A stretch of DNA of 64,000 bases from Candidatus Curtissbacteria bacterium (GCA_024654445.1 JANLHP010000017.1:144524-208523), one strand, 5' to 3'; numbered from the stretch's first letter, positions 10,033-19,665 are shown. Notes: generated by a model not told the origin, from the letters alone. Made by a program: numbers and translations.

Positions 10033-10216
10033 GTTAGTACAATGTTATAACACTGCGTCGATTTTGTCAACCTGTTTTATTAACTCGTTTTTGTCCTGGT
10101 GATTCGAATCAGCAGGACAAAATTGCTGTGCACTCTTACAATTCAACAATTTAACGATTAAACAATTTATTCTGTGAATTTGCCCTTCGATTTCACTCAG
10201 GGTAAATTTGTTGAGC

Positions 10217-10876
10217 CTATTCAACAAATTTAAAGGTTGAGAGCATTTGGTCGAAGATTTTTTCCGATTCAGCAGAGTACTCTATCTCTGAACCAATACC
10301 ACTTGAAAGAATGAATTCATAAACATTACCTTTTTGAGAAGAAAATACGTGTTTACTTGGTGTTTCTCCCAATGTCCCGACAAATACGAGCGATCTAGGC
10401 AATGGCGATTGAGTTTGTTTGAGGTTTGCTTTAAGAATTGAGATCACTGGTGTTTTTCCATCGACCCCAGTCTGTGTGAATACAGTCTCTAGAAATTCTT
10501 CCAGAGGAATATTCTGAGGGTTCGGATAAACATTTATAAGTATATTCTTGCTATTTACTGTTTCATCACTTGGATTATTAAAACTAACGATGTTCGATTT
10601 TTCCGAAAAGTTTGTCGGGCTAATTACTTTAAGGTCTGGGGGGTATTTCAAAGAAAAATTATATTCGGTATTTGTATATGTTATCCAGTTGGCAGGAACG
10701 TCCATAACTACATCTACGGGTACTGCTGATTTATCAGTAGGTTGTTCGTGGGCTTTTCGGATCAGGTTAGAGTTGACGTAGATAGTTGCTGCTGTGATTA
10801 GCAGAATCACGGCAAGGCCGATCATTACTGGGGCAGGAATGAAGCCCCGCCTACCGGCGGGCAAGACTTTTCTCAT
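10217..10876 (-). CDS. hypothetical secreted/membrane-anchored protein
   Basis: 219-aa ORF with N-terminal TM (IGLAVILLITAATIYV). No family recognised. Confidence 0.4.
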   Translation of the reverse strand: MRKVLPAGRRGFIPAPVMIGLAVILLITAATIYVNSNLIRKAHEQPTDKSAVPVDVVMDVPANWITYTNTEYNFSLKYPPDLKVISPTNFSEKSNIVSFNNPSDETVNSKNILINVYPNPQNIPLEEFLETVFTQTGVDGKTPVISILKANLKQTQSPLPRSLVFVGTLGETPSKHVFSSQKGNVYEFILSSGIGSEIEYSAESEKIFDQMLSTFKFVE

Positions 10877-10920
10877 ACTTTTATCATTTCATCTTTAAGA
10901 AAAAGAGTCAAAGGTAATAG

Positions 10921-11062
10921 ATCCTATCGCTTCGCTCCAGGATGACAACATTCAATTCTGATTGTCGTTCTGGAGGGAGTACTACGACCGATAAGAAAGC
11001 TTGTTTCTCGCAGACTCGAAATAGAATCTCGACTCGCTACGCTCGCTCGAAGAATATATAAT
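10921..11062. repeat. GC-rich palindromic repeat element, composite/degenerate copy B1
   Basis: Carries cgcttcgctccaggatgac (reverse complement of the TIR gtcatcctggagcgaag). Shares internal block tttctcgca.actc.aaatagaatctc with copy B2 (13493-13638). Confidence 0.5.
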
Positions 11063-11069
11063 TTAGGTC

Positions 11070-12488
11070 ATGAACAGAATTTATGTGACTACGGCTATTC
11101 CGTATGTAAATGCTGCGCCGCACATTGGGTTTGCCCTGGAAACAGTGCAGGCAGACGCAATCGTACGGTTTTACCGTGCACAGGGATGGGATGTATTGTT
11201 TTCTTCCGGAACAGACGAAAACAGTCTTAAAAATGTACAGGCGGCGAAAGCAGAAGGACTAAAAGTTCAGGAACTGGTCGACAAATACGCAAGGCAGTTT
11301 GAAAATCTAAAAGATGCGCTTAATCTTTCATGGGACGTTTTTAATAGAACTAGCCAAAAACATCATTTTGAGGGAGCACAAAAATTCTGGAGTTTATGCC
11401 GGAGCGAAGATATATATAAAAAGAAGTATCGTGGCCTTTACTGCGTTGGGTGCGAAGCGTTTTATACGGCAGCCGAGATCGCGGATGGTAAATGTCCTGA
11501 TGGACATTCGAACATAGAGGAAATCGAGGAAGAAAATTATTTTTTTAAACTTTCAAATTACCAAAAGTTCCTTGAGGATCTAATTTCTAAAGATAAACTG
11601 AAAATTGTTCCCCGGACCAAAAAGCATGAGGTTCTTTCCTTTATTAAAGGTGGGCTTGAGGATTTCAGCATCTCGAGGTCTGTCGAGAGAGCGAGGGGTT
11701 GGGGTGTTCCTGTTCCAGGAGATGAATCTCAAGTGATGTACGTTTGGTTCGACGCGCTGACTACTTATTTAACTGCTCTAGGGTTTGGAACAGACGACGA
11801 TTTATACAAAAAATATTGGGTGGAAAACCCTAACCGTCTGCATGTAATTGGTAAAGGGATAATAAGATTCCACGCAGTTTATTGGCCGGCAATACTTGCT
11901 TCTGCTGGGATAAAACTTCCGACAGAAGAATTTGTTCACGGATATATAACCGTTGAAGGGCAAAAGATTTCGAAAACTTTGGGGAATGTAATTGACCCAT
12001 TTGATTTGGTAGAAAAATTTGGGGTTGAAGCAGTCAGGTACTACTTGTTGCGCGAGATTCCGTCTTGGGGAGACGGAGATTTTTCGATCACTAGATTTAA
12101 GGATTTGTATAACGGAGAACTCGCTAACGGAATTGGTAATTTGGTGGCGAGAGTTGCAAGACTTGCAGCAGACACAAATCTGAGTTTGCCGGAAAAAAAG
12201 AATTTTACATTTAAAAAAGCAGTTTCTGATAATCTTAAAACCTTTCGGTTCGACCAGGCAATAATGGCTCTTTGGAATGAGGTCTCGATTTTGGATAAGA
12301 AAATTAACGACGAAAAGCCTTGGGAGTTAGAAGGCGAAGAGCTTAAAAAATCCATTACCCCGATAGCGCAAGAGATAAGAGAAATCGCGTTTAATCTTTC
12401 GCCATTCTTGCCTCAAACGAGTGGGAAAATTTTGAATCAATTCACCGGAAGAATTTCCGCAGAAAAACCAATTTTCCCAAGGATTTAA
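11070..12488 (+). CDS. metG: methionyl-tRNA synthetase (short form)
   Basis: Class I aaRS. N-terminal YVTTAIPYVNAAPHIGFA (HIGH region). KMSKS-like KISKTLGN. Zn knuckle CVGCE...CPDGH. Confidence 0.9.
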   Translation: MNRIYVTTAIPYVNAAPHIGFALETVQADAIVRFYRAQGWDVLFSSGTDENSLKNVQAAKAEGLKVQELVDKYARQFENLKDALNLSWDVFNRTSQKHHFEGAQKFWSLCRSEDIYKKKYRGLYCVGCEAFYTAAEIADGKCPDGHSNIEEIEEENYFFKLSNYQKFLEDLISKDKLKIVPRTKKHEVLSFIKGGLEDFSISRSVERARGWGVPVPGDESQVMYVWFDALTTYLTALGFGTDDDLYKKYWVENPNRLHVIGKGIIRFHAVYWPAILASAGIKLPTEEFVHGYITVEGQKISKTLGNVIDPFDLVEKFGVEAVRYYLLREIPSWGDGDFSITRFKDLYNGELANGIGNLVARVARLAADTNLSLPEKKNFTFKKAVSDNLKTFRFDQAIMALWNEVSILDKKINDEKPWELEGEELKKSITPIAQEIREIAFNLSPFLPQTSGKILNQFTGRISAEKPIFPRI

Positions 12489-13483
12489 TGAAATTAATTG
12501 ATACTCATGCCCATTTGGACCTGCCTGCCGGCAGGCAGGTTTCTGATTTGGATGGGTGGCTTTCGCGTGCAAAAGAAGCAGGAGTTGGAAAAATAATTTG
12601 TGTGGGGACTTCGATTGATGCTTCTAAAAAGTGTATCGAGATCGCGGAAAAACATTCAGATGAAGACTTAGAGATTTTTGCCAGCTGCGGGATTCACCCG
12701 GAAGATGGAAAAGACGACATTAAAAAATATGGCCACTCCTCTGTCATTCTGAGGAGCGAAGCGACTCCAGAATCAGATTCTGGACAAGCCCTTCGACTTC
12801 GCTCAGGGCCTATCAAGGGCCGTGAGTTTACCGAATCGGCCAGAATGACGGATAGTCTGGCTGGTTGCATGGCTGAGTTAAAAAAGGTAGCTCAATCGTC
12901 GAAAAAAGTTGTGGCAATTGGAGAGTGCGGATTGGATTACCGTTTAACAACTGACAACGAACAACTGACAACTGACGAAGAGAAAGAGTTTCAGAGAAAG
13001 CTTTTTAAAGACCAGATAAAACTCGCAGCTGATCTGAATTTACCTTTAATTATTCATTGCCGTAATGGCTGGGATGAAATATTCGACCTATTAACAATTA
13101 ACGATAGACAGAGTCCTGCGGTCCTCGCTAACGCTGCGGGCTTACAACAATCAACACTAAAGGGCGTTTTTCACTCCTGGACTGGAGACTGGACTGCTGC
13201 CGAAAAAGCGCTCGGTTTGGGTTTTTACATTTCTTTTTCTGGAATTTTAACTTTTCGGAACGCTCCTCTTATCCAAGAGGTCGCAAGAAAGGTGCCGCTT
13301 GAAAGGGCTGTTGTGGAAACGGATTCCCCTTTCCTTTCGCCAGAACCTTTGCGCGGCAAGAAAAATGAACCTAAAAATGTTAGAATTACAATCGAGTTTC
13401 TAGCCGAACTGCGAAATACTTCCCTTGAAGAAATTGCTGACGTGACGGCTCGAAATGCCGAAAAGTTATTCGGGTTAAGTTAG
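12488..13483 (+). CDS. tatD: TatD-family metal-dependent hydrolase/DNase carrying an in-frame repeat-element insertion
   Basis: MKLIDTHAHLD..., IGECGLDY, ETDSPFLSPEPLRGKKNEP and FYISFSGILTFRN match TatD. An extra ~40-aa segment (VILRSEATPESDSGQALRLRSGPIKGREFTESARMTD) is encoded by repeat copy A2. Confidence 0.8.
   Translation: MKLIDTHAHLDLPAGRQVSDLDGWLSRAKEAGVGKIICVGTSIDASKKCIEIAEKHSDEDLEIFASCGIHPEDGKDDIKKYGHSSVILRSEATPESDSGQALRLRSGPIKGREFTESARMTDSLAGCMAELKKVAQSSKKVVAIGECGLDYRLTTDNEQLTTDEEKEFQRKLFKDQIKLAADLNLPLIIHCRNGWDEIFDLLTINDRQSPAVLANAAGLQQSTLKGVFHSWTGDWTAAEKALGLGFYISFSGILTFRNAPLIQEVARKVPLERAVVETDSPFLSPEPLRGKKNEPKNVRITIEFLAELRNTSLEEIADVTARNAEKLFGLS
12743..12849. repeat. GC-rich palindromic repeat element copy A2, inserted in-frame within tatD
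   Basis: gtcattctgaggagcgaagcgactccagaatcagattctggacaagcccttcgacttcgctcagggcctatcaagggccgtgagtttaccgaatcggccagaatgac. Near-identical to copy A1 (5561-5676) with the same TIRs. Confidence 0.65.
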
Positions 13484-13492
13484 CCCATCCAT

Positions 13493-13638
13493 GTCATTCC
13501 GGAGCGAAGTTCTGCAATTTGGCAGAACGAAGTGAAACGAGAACGTATTTCTCGCAAGCTCAAAATAGAATCTCTAGTTTCAGATCCTATTCGAAGAAAA
13601 GCTTTGCTTATCGGTCGCTTCGCTCCCTCCAGGATGAC
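13493..13638. repeat. GC-rich palindromic repeat element copy B2
   Basis: Clear TIRs gtcattccggagcgaag ... cttcgctccctccaggatgac. Internal hairpin gttctgc/gcagaac. Shares a middle block with B1. Confidence 0.6.
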
Positions 13639-13650
13639 ATCAAATTAAAT

Positions 13651-15144
13651 ATGGTTAAACAGTTCGTTGAACGGTACGACCGTCAAGTTCATAGGTTCTT
13701 GGAAATTTTACCTGGGACCTTTTCGTGGAGTTTAATTTTATTTCCCGTTTGGGGCTCTTTCTGGATTCCTCATTACGTTGCTTATTACATAATACTTTTT
13801 GACATTTTGTGGTTTTACAAATCGGGATCTTTGGCGATAACTTCTGTAATGTCCCACTTAAAATTGAATGCCGCTAAAAGATACAACTGGCTTTCGGACG
13901 CAAAAAAGCAGCCGGGATTTAATAAGCTGCATCATCTGATTGTTATTCCAACATACAAAGAACCTCTCCATACAATAGAAAAGGGGCTTGAATCTCTGGC
14001 TAATCAAGACGTTCCCAAAAGCGCGATTTCGGTAATTCTTGCTTTTGAAGAACGAGAGGGAGATGACGCGAAAGAAAAAGCAAAGGCGCTTGTTAAAAAG
14101 TTCGAAAAGAGATTTGCAAACCTTTTGGTTTCTTATCACCCCGATATTGCGGGAGAAGTTAAAGGAAAATCGAGTAACGAGGCGCATGCCGGGAAATACG
14201 CGAAAAGGGTTTTAGTAAATGAGCAAAAAAGAGACATAAATTACATTACAGTGACTTCAAAGGACGCTGACGGGATATTCCACGAAAAGTTCTTGTCTTG
14301 TCTTTCTTATAAATTCTTATCCGATGAAAGCGGGAGGCATCTTACTTTTTGGCAGCCGGTCATTCTTTTTTACAATAATATTTGGAGAGTCCCAGTTCCG
14401 ATACGAGTGATGAACAGTTTAAGTTCCGTTTGGCAAACTGGTCAGAACAGTAGAACGGACAGGCTTATTAACTATTCTATGTACTCGCTTTCTCTAAAGC
14501 TTTTGGACGATGTTGGTTATTGGGACGTAGATGTTATTCCCGAAGATTATAGAATTTTCTTCAAGAGCTATTTTGCAAAAGACGGTAAAGTAGATGTTGA
14601 CCCGATATTTTTGCCCGCGATGGCAGATGCCGCGGAATCAACGACGTATATAAAGTCGCTAACCAATTTTTACGAACAGGAAAAAAGGTGGGCTTGGGGA
14701 GTAAGTGACGACGCTTACATTATTAAAAAATGGTTAACGCATAGCCACATTCCTTTCTGGCAAAGAACAGTCAGGGTTTTTAAGGTCTTGGAAGATCACT
14801 TTCTTTGGCCGGTTAATTGGTTCGCGATAACGTTGGGGGCGACAATTCCTGTTCTTTTGAACCCTGTTTTCGCGCAAACTGTGATGGGACAAAATCTGCC
14901 GAGGATTTCTTTCGGGATACTTTCTGTCTGTTGGGTATTTTTGGCGATTATCTTAATTGTTGATTTTAGGCAGAGACCAAAAAGAGAAGGGCAGGTTTCT
15001 TTTATTAAAAAGGCAGTTATGCCTCTTGAATTTGCCCTGATGCCTGTTGTGACATTTATATTCACCGCCCTGCCGGGGATCGACGCTCATACAAGGCTGA
15101 TGCTTGGAAAATACTTGGAATATAGGGTCACGGAAAAAGTATAG
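13651..15144 (+). CDS. processive family-2 glycosyltransferase-like integral membrane protein
   Basis: IVIPTYKE (GT2 N-terminal motif), DAD (DxD-like), QEKRW (QxxRW) and multiple C-terminal TM helices. The ORF-track start at 13519 lies inside repeat B2, so ATG 13651 (MVKQFVERYD) is preferred. Confidence 0.5.
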   Translation: MVKQFVERYDRQVHRFLEILPGTFSWSLILFPVWGSFWIPHYVAYYIILFDILWFYKSGSLAITSVMSHLKLNAAKRYNWLSDAKKQPGFNKLHHLIVIPTYKEPLHTIEKGLESLANQDVPKSAISVILAFEEREGDDAKEKAKALVKKFEKRFANLLVSYHPDIAGEVKGKSSNEAHAGKYAKRVLVNEQKRDINYITVTSKDADGIFHEKFLSCLSYKFLSDESGRHLTFWQPVILFYNNIWRVPVPIRVMNSLSSVWQTGQNSRTDRLINYSMYSLSLKLLDDVGYWDVDVIPEDYRIFFKSYFAKDGKVDVDPIFLPAMADAAESTTYIKSLTNFYEQEKRWAWGVSDDAYIIKKWLTHSHIPFWQRTVRVFKVLEDHFLWPVNWFAITLGATIPVLLNPVFAQTVMGQNLPRISFGILSVCWVFLAIILIVDFRQRPKREGQVSFIKKAVMPLEFALMPVVTFIFTALPGIDAHTRLMLGKYLEYRVTEKV

Positions 15145-15274
15145 ATTTTAAGGAAGTAACCCTGTTCCTTGCTTCGCTTACGCTACGCAAGCAAATACGT
15201 GTAACCGAAAAGGTCTGATCGTCCCCTATCAAACTTGACTTTGGAATTTTCACTTGGTACCCTACTTGCTTCTG

Positions 15275-16513
15275 ATGCCAACTGTTCTTTCTGATCCTCT
15301 CCGGCGTAAGTTTACCGCTTCCCTCATGTGGGGAATTTTTGGGGCCCTAATTTTAGGGGTCTTTTTTTTAGGTCTTTTTTTGACCAACAACAGCCAGGGG
15401 TTTAAAAAATTCATCTCTCCGATTGTGGAGCGAGAATCTCCTTATGAAGTTTTTGGGTTTGCTCCATTTTGGACCTTATCCAAGATGGACAACATTGATT
15501 GGGACGTTTTAACAACCTTTGCTTATTTTTCTCTGCCATTGAATGCTGACGGGACAATCGACAAAAATTCACATGAGTGGAGCGTTTTCGAGGGTGATAA
15601 ATTAAGTTCTCTGTTCCAGAAGGCAAAAAACCATCAGGTAAAAAGGGTGGTCACTTTAACACAGATGGACGCCTCAACTATCGAAGTGTTTCTTGAGAAT
15701 CCTGAGGCTTGGAACAAACTCGCTTATGAGAGCGTCGACGTTATTAAGAGTCGGGATCTTGACGGAGTGAACATAGACATAGAATATATTCCTTCAAACA
15801 ACCACCTCAAAGATCAATTTTCCCAGTTTGTCCAAATATATTCAGGTATTTTAAATAAAAATCTGGACGATCCTTATATTACCGTTTCCGTACTTGCTTC
15901 TTCTGCGAGGTTTAACAGAATTTATGACGTCGGAAAATTGGCTGAAGCGACGGATGGCGTTTTTATGATGGCTTACGATTTCTACTACCCTGGTTCGGAA
16001 ACAATAGGTCCTTCGGCTCCCCTTTACGGCTACAACGGAGGCAAGGGTCCTTTCTGGTACGACGTTTCGACAGCAGTTGACGATTTTTTGAAAGTCGCGA
16101 GCGCCGACAAAATTATCATGGGAGTTCCCTATTATGGTTGGACTTATCCAGCTGCTGCTGAGGCCGCGCCGAAATCGGATAGAAATCTTGGTTTAAAAGC
16201 GTTCGCTACAACACTCGAAAAAGCTCAAAACAACAAGCTCCTTTCGACAACACCTATTGGAGGCTGGGACAGTCAAGCGCAAGTTGCCTGGAGAGGTTAC
16301 TGGGACGACAATGGCTGGCACGTGGTTTACATGGAGGACGAAAAGTCGCTTTCGATCAAATACGATTTTGCCAAAGAGAAAAAGCTTGCGGGCGTCGGTA
16401 TGTGGGCGCTGGGATTTGACGCGGACAGCGACAATATGTGGTCTGTGCTCGCCGGCAAATTCGATGATGAATTCTTAAGCTCAAACAACACCAATCAATC
16501 TTGGATATTTTAA
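15275..16513 (+). CDS. GH18-like glycoside hydrolase-like protein, membrane anchored
   Basis: Motif DGVNIDIEY resembles the GH18 DGxDxDWE catalytic motif (second Asp is Asn). C-terminal MWALGFD. Start ambiguous (TTG 15254, ATG 15275 or ATG 15326). Confidence 0.45.
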   Translation: MPTVLSDPLRRKFTASLMWGIFGALILGVFFLGLFLTNNSQGFKKFISPIVERESPYEVFGFAPFWTLSKMDNIDWDVLTTFAYFSLPLNADGTIDKNSHEWSVFEGDKLSSLFQKAKNHQVKRVVTLTQMDASTIEVFLENPEAWNKLAYESVDVIKSRDLDGVNIDIEYIPSNNHLKDQFSQFVQIYSGILNKNLDDPYITVSVLASSARFNRIYDVGKLAEATDGVFMMAYDFYYPGSETIGPSAPLYGYNGGKGPFWYDVSTAVDDFLKVASADKIIMGVPYYGWTYPAAAEAAPKSDRNLGLKAFATTLEKAQNNKLLSTTPIGGWDSQAQVAWRGYWDDNGWHVVYMEDEKSLSIKYDFAKEKKLAGVGMWALGFDADSDNMWSVLAGKFDDEFLSSNNTNQSWIF

Positions 16514-17586
16514 ATTTGTTAAGAAAAATACCACAGTTACTCGGCTCGGTCTTTAAAGTCGAAAAAAGGATAATTTTAATAGCCTTTATTGTTGCTCTTA
16601 TGGTTCTTTTTTATCGTTCAGAGAGCGATCTTTCCGCGAGCTCTCAACAAACATATGCAGACCCAAAAAGGACGGCTTTCGTTGAAGCGTCTAAAAAACT
16701 TACTGCCGGGAGTAACTGGACTCCAAAGGGATATGGGTCCGGCGAATACCTTGAGACGATTCCGAGAATCAAGGCAGGGGCGGTTATCGATTTTGATAGT
16801 GGGGAAGTAATCTGGTCGCAGAACTTAAAGAATAGAATTTCCCCCGCTTCTATTACTAAAGTCGCGACGGTGATGACTGCTCTTGATATAGCTTCAAAAG
16901 ACAAGGTAATTTCCGTTTCTGTAAAAGCCGCAGAGCAAATTCCAACGAAACTGGGGCTTGAGTTTGGCGAAAGGCTGACACTCGAGGAAGCTATCAAAGC
17001 ATCAATGCTAACTTCGGCAAACGACGCAGCGGAAGCAATTGCTGATTATTTGGGCAGTGATATCGGAGACGGTTCTGGGGCCTTTATGAATTTGGTAAAT
17101 TTGAAGCTTGAAAAGATCGGCGCGCTGGATTCGAACTTCGAAACTCCCACTGGTCTTGATGGCAACAACCATTATTCTACTGTTTACGACCTGGCAATTC
17201 TTGCCCATGAAGCAAAAGCAAACTATCCTTTTATAAACCAAATCGCGTCTAGTGAGTACATTAGGTTGGCGCCTAATGGAAATCATCGGTTGTTTGATCT
17301 CCCTAACTGGAACGCGCTTCTTGGTACTTATCCCGGTGTGGACGGGCTGAAAATAGGATATACGGAAAACGCGGGTCATGTTACTGCGGTTACGGCAGAG
17401 CGTGAAGGTAAAAAACTGATAGTTATCGTGATTGGTGCGAAGTCTCTCGAAGACCGAGAAATTGCAGCCGCAACGCTTCTTAATTACGGATTCGAAAAAA
17501 GAGGAGTGGAACCTTATTCTGTCGACGATCTAGATTTGGTGGAAAGATTTCAGGACTGGAAAAGACAGCTGACAATGCTACCCTAA
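16501..17586 (+). CDS. D-alanyl-D-alanine carboxypeptidase (peptidase S11, PBP5/DacA-like)
   Basis: Motifs SITK (SxxK), SANDAA (SxN) and KIGYT (KTG-like). N-terminal TM. Confidence 0.75.
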   Translation: MDILNLLRKIPQLLGSVFKVEKRIILIAFIVALMVLFYRSESDLSASSQQTYADPKRTAFVEASKKLTAGSNWTPKGYGSGEYLETIPRIKAGAVIDFDSGEVIWSQNLKNRISPASITKVATVMTALDIASKDKVISVSVKAAEQIPTKLGLEFGERLTLEEAIKASMLTSANDAAEAIADYLGSDIGDGSGAFMNLVNLKLEKIGALDSNFETPTGLDGNNHYSTVYDLAILAHEAKANYPFINQIASSEYIRLAPNGNHRLFDLPNWNALLGTYPGVDGLKIGYTENAGHVTAVTAEREGKKLIVIVIGAKSLEDREIAAATLLNYGFEKRGVEPYSVDDLDLVERFQDWKRQLTMLP

Positions 17587-17587
17587 A

Positions 17588-18318
17588 CTAGGTTTTGGGG
17601 ATTTTCGCGCTTACAACGTGAGCGGCATTAGTTTTTAAGATTGGTGCACGATTTGACGCTGTCACTCCTTTTATGACAGGTTGTTTTCTGTCTGTTCTTA
17701 CAGTGTATCTCCAAGAGAGATATACCGAAGGGTCATGTCCGTCTACAAGCCCGATACTAACTCCGCCTGCTCCGGGCAAACGCGTTAAATAGGGAACGCC
17801 CATTTCTTTTTGAGAACCGGTTAAAAGGAGCCCCGTGGAATTTAAGACGTTTGGATTTTGAAAAAAAAGGTTCAATCCTTCAACAAGACTCAGGCCGGCT
17901 TCGTTTGGGCTTACAGATTTATTGTCTTTAACTTCTTGCGAGATAACATACGGGCCGGTGCTTGCAGGCGGATCAAAACTAAGAATATTAATTCTCCTTG
18001 CTTCCTGTGTTATAAGCTCTCTCGGAACTTTTCCCTTTTCTATTAATTTTAAGGGGGCGTTTGGGTCTACAACAACGGCATGAGGCCTTGCTCTTGAAGA
18101 GAAGTGAACTGACTTTTTAATGAAGAATACGAATCAACACTTGAAGCACAACCTAATTCCACTAGGTTTTCCGCCTGATTTTGCCATAACACTTCCGGTG
18201 TTATCTCTTTTTTCTGTCTTTCTCTTCTTTTAAAGAATCGTCTAAAGAGTCCGGGTTTGGGTTCTTCCAGAGAAGACTCCATAACTTGATGGTATTTGGC
18301 TATGTGGCTATTTGTCAA
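17588..18318 (-). pseudogene. 3D/DPBB-like (MltA/RlpA-like) domain gene apparently split by a frameshift (ORFs 18067..18318 and 17588..17875 plus open upstream frame)
   Basis: The frame of ORF 17588..17875 stays open for 63 more codons upstream with no start codon. It encodes AVVVDPNAPL...NEAGLSLVEGLNLFF, resembling 3D-domain VDP...DTGxAIKGNxIDLFF. The upstream ATG ORF 18067..18318 is in another frame and overlaps it. Confidence 0.3.
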
Positions 18319-18343
18319 TTTGGACCTGTGACCCTATACTAAA

Positions 18344-19663
18344 ATGGAAATGTTTTCCCTTGCCCAAAACTACGTAACTCGAGGTTTTTGGGGAGACGAG
18401 GCGTGGACTTCTTTAATTTCTCAACTCCCGTACTCGCAAATGCTTAAAACTACGGCTGCGGATTTTCATCCTCCGGGTTACTATACGGTTGTCGGCCTCG
18501 TTTATAGGTTTTTTCCTCCTACCGAAATCGCCACAAGGCTCATTTCCGTCTTTTTTTATCTTCTGACAATTTTGGTCGTTTACAAGTTTGCCAGTGAATT
18601 TAAGGGTAAAACATTCGGACTACTGTCTGCTCTTGTTCTTCTTGTTAACCCCATATTTTTAACTTACGCGTTTGAAGCGCGCAACTATACGATGTTTGCT
18701 TTTGCCTCGGTTTCTTCTGTTTACTTTTTGAACCGGCTTTCTTCAAAATTTAATTTTGTTAACGTAATCGGCTTCGTATTATTTTCGGCTCTGGGCTTGT
18801 ACACGCATTATTACATGCTTTTTGTACTTGCGGCAGAAGCGTTTTATATTCTTCTTTTTGACCGCAAAATTTTAATTAAGTCTGTAGGCCTTTTTGCCGT
18901 CGTCGGCGCTTTGTTTTTACCTTGGGTACCTTTCTTGCTTTCGCAGGTTACTTCGGTCGGAGAGAGTTATTGGATTGGAGGAATCGACGAGAGGACGCAC
19001 TTTGAAGCGGTTTTGAGGATACTTGCCGGAGAACATTTTAATCCATTTCAGATGATTTTATTTGCTGTTTCGACGGCGCTTATTGTGCTTGGCCTTGTGC
19101 AGCACATAAGACGCAGGTCTTTTGAAAAGCCGTACGCCTTAATCTGGCTTTGGGCAGTTATGCCGCTAATTCTGGCTTCACTGCCGGGACTTAAGGTCGG
19201 CGAATTTCGGCTGCCATTCAGACCCATTTTTTTCTGGCGCTATTTGATACCTGCGGCGGTTCCTTTTTCGATGATCATCGTACACAGCGCCCAGAAATTT
19301 CCCGGGCCTTTTTATAAGCTATCGATTACTGCGGTGATCGTTTTGAGCCTGGCGATAGATTACCTGACATTAAGTCGTTATCCTCTTACGTTCAAACAAA
19401 TTTATGCTCAAGAGGTTGTCCCGCAAATTCAACAGGGCGACAAGATAGTAACGGTTCTTCCTTCTTTTGCAGAAGTTTTGTATTACAGAAACAGGAATGG
19501 TCTCACTAATGAACTTGTTGTGCTTTCCGTGGGTCTTGTACAATTTTCCGGCAAAAGTTTGCTAGATGCATACGTTGCAAATGGGGTTGTTAAAATTCAA
19601 GAAAATGTAGAGGAGCCTTATTTTTATCTTTCGCCAGGACCAAAAATTGAAGTTCGGAGGTAA
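18344..19663 (+). CDS. GT-C fold glycosyltransferase (ArnT/PMT_2, GT39/GT83-like)
   Basis: About 11 TM helices. First-loop motif GDEAWTS (DE motif). Overall ArnT-like topology. Confidence 0.55.
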   Translation: MEMFSLAQNYVTRGFWGDEAWTSLISQLPYSQMLKTTAADFHPPGYYTVVGLVYRFFPPTEIATRLISVFFYLLTILVVYKFASEFKGKTFGLLSALVLLVNPIFLTYAFEARNYTMFAFASVSSVYFLNRLSSKFNFVNVIGFVLFSALGLYTHYYMLFVLAAEAFYILLFDRKILIKSVGLFAVVGALFLPWVPFLLSQVTSVGESYWIGGIDERTHFEAVLRILAGEHFNPFQMILFAVSTALIVLGLVQHIRRRSFEKPYALIWLWAVMPLILASLPGLKVGEFRLPFRPIFFWRYLIPAAVPFSMIIVHSAQKFPGPFYKLSITAVIVLSLAIDYLTLSRYPLTFKQIYAQEVVPQIQQGDKIVTVLPSFAEVLYYRNRNGLTNELVVLSVGLVQFSGKSLLDAYVANGVVKIQENVEEPYFYLSPGPKIEVRR

Positions 19664-19665
19664 TT

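Noticed and set aside
15150-15200. Possible Rho-independent terminator after the GT2 gene (ccttgcttcgcttacgctacgcaagc)
   Set aside because: Imperfect stem and no T-tract. It more likely is a fragment of the GC-rich repeat family (resembles ctcgctacgctcgctcgaag in copy B1).
17858-18046. 62-aa + strand ORF
   Set aside because: Antisense to the open 3D-like reading frame on the minus strand. Spurious.
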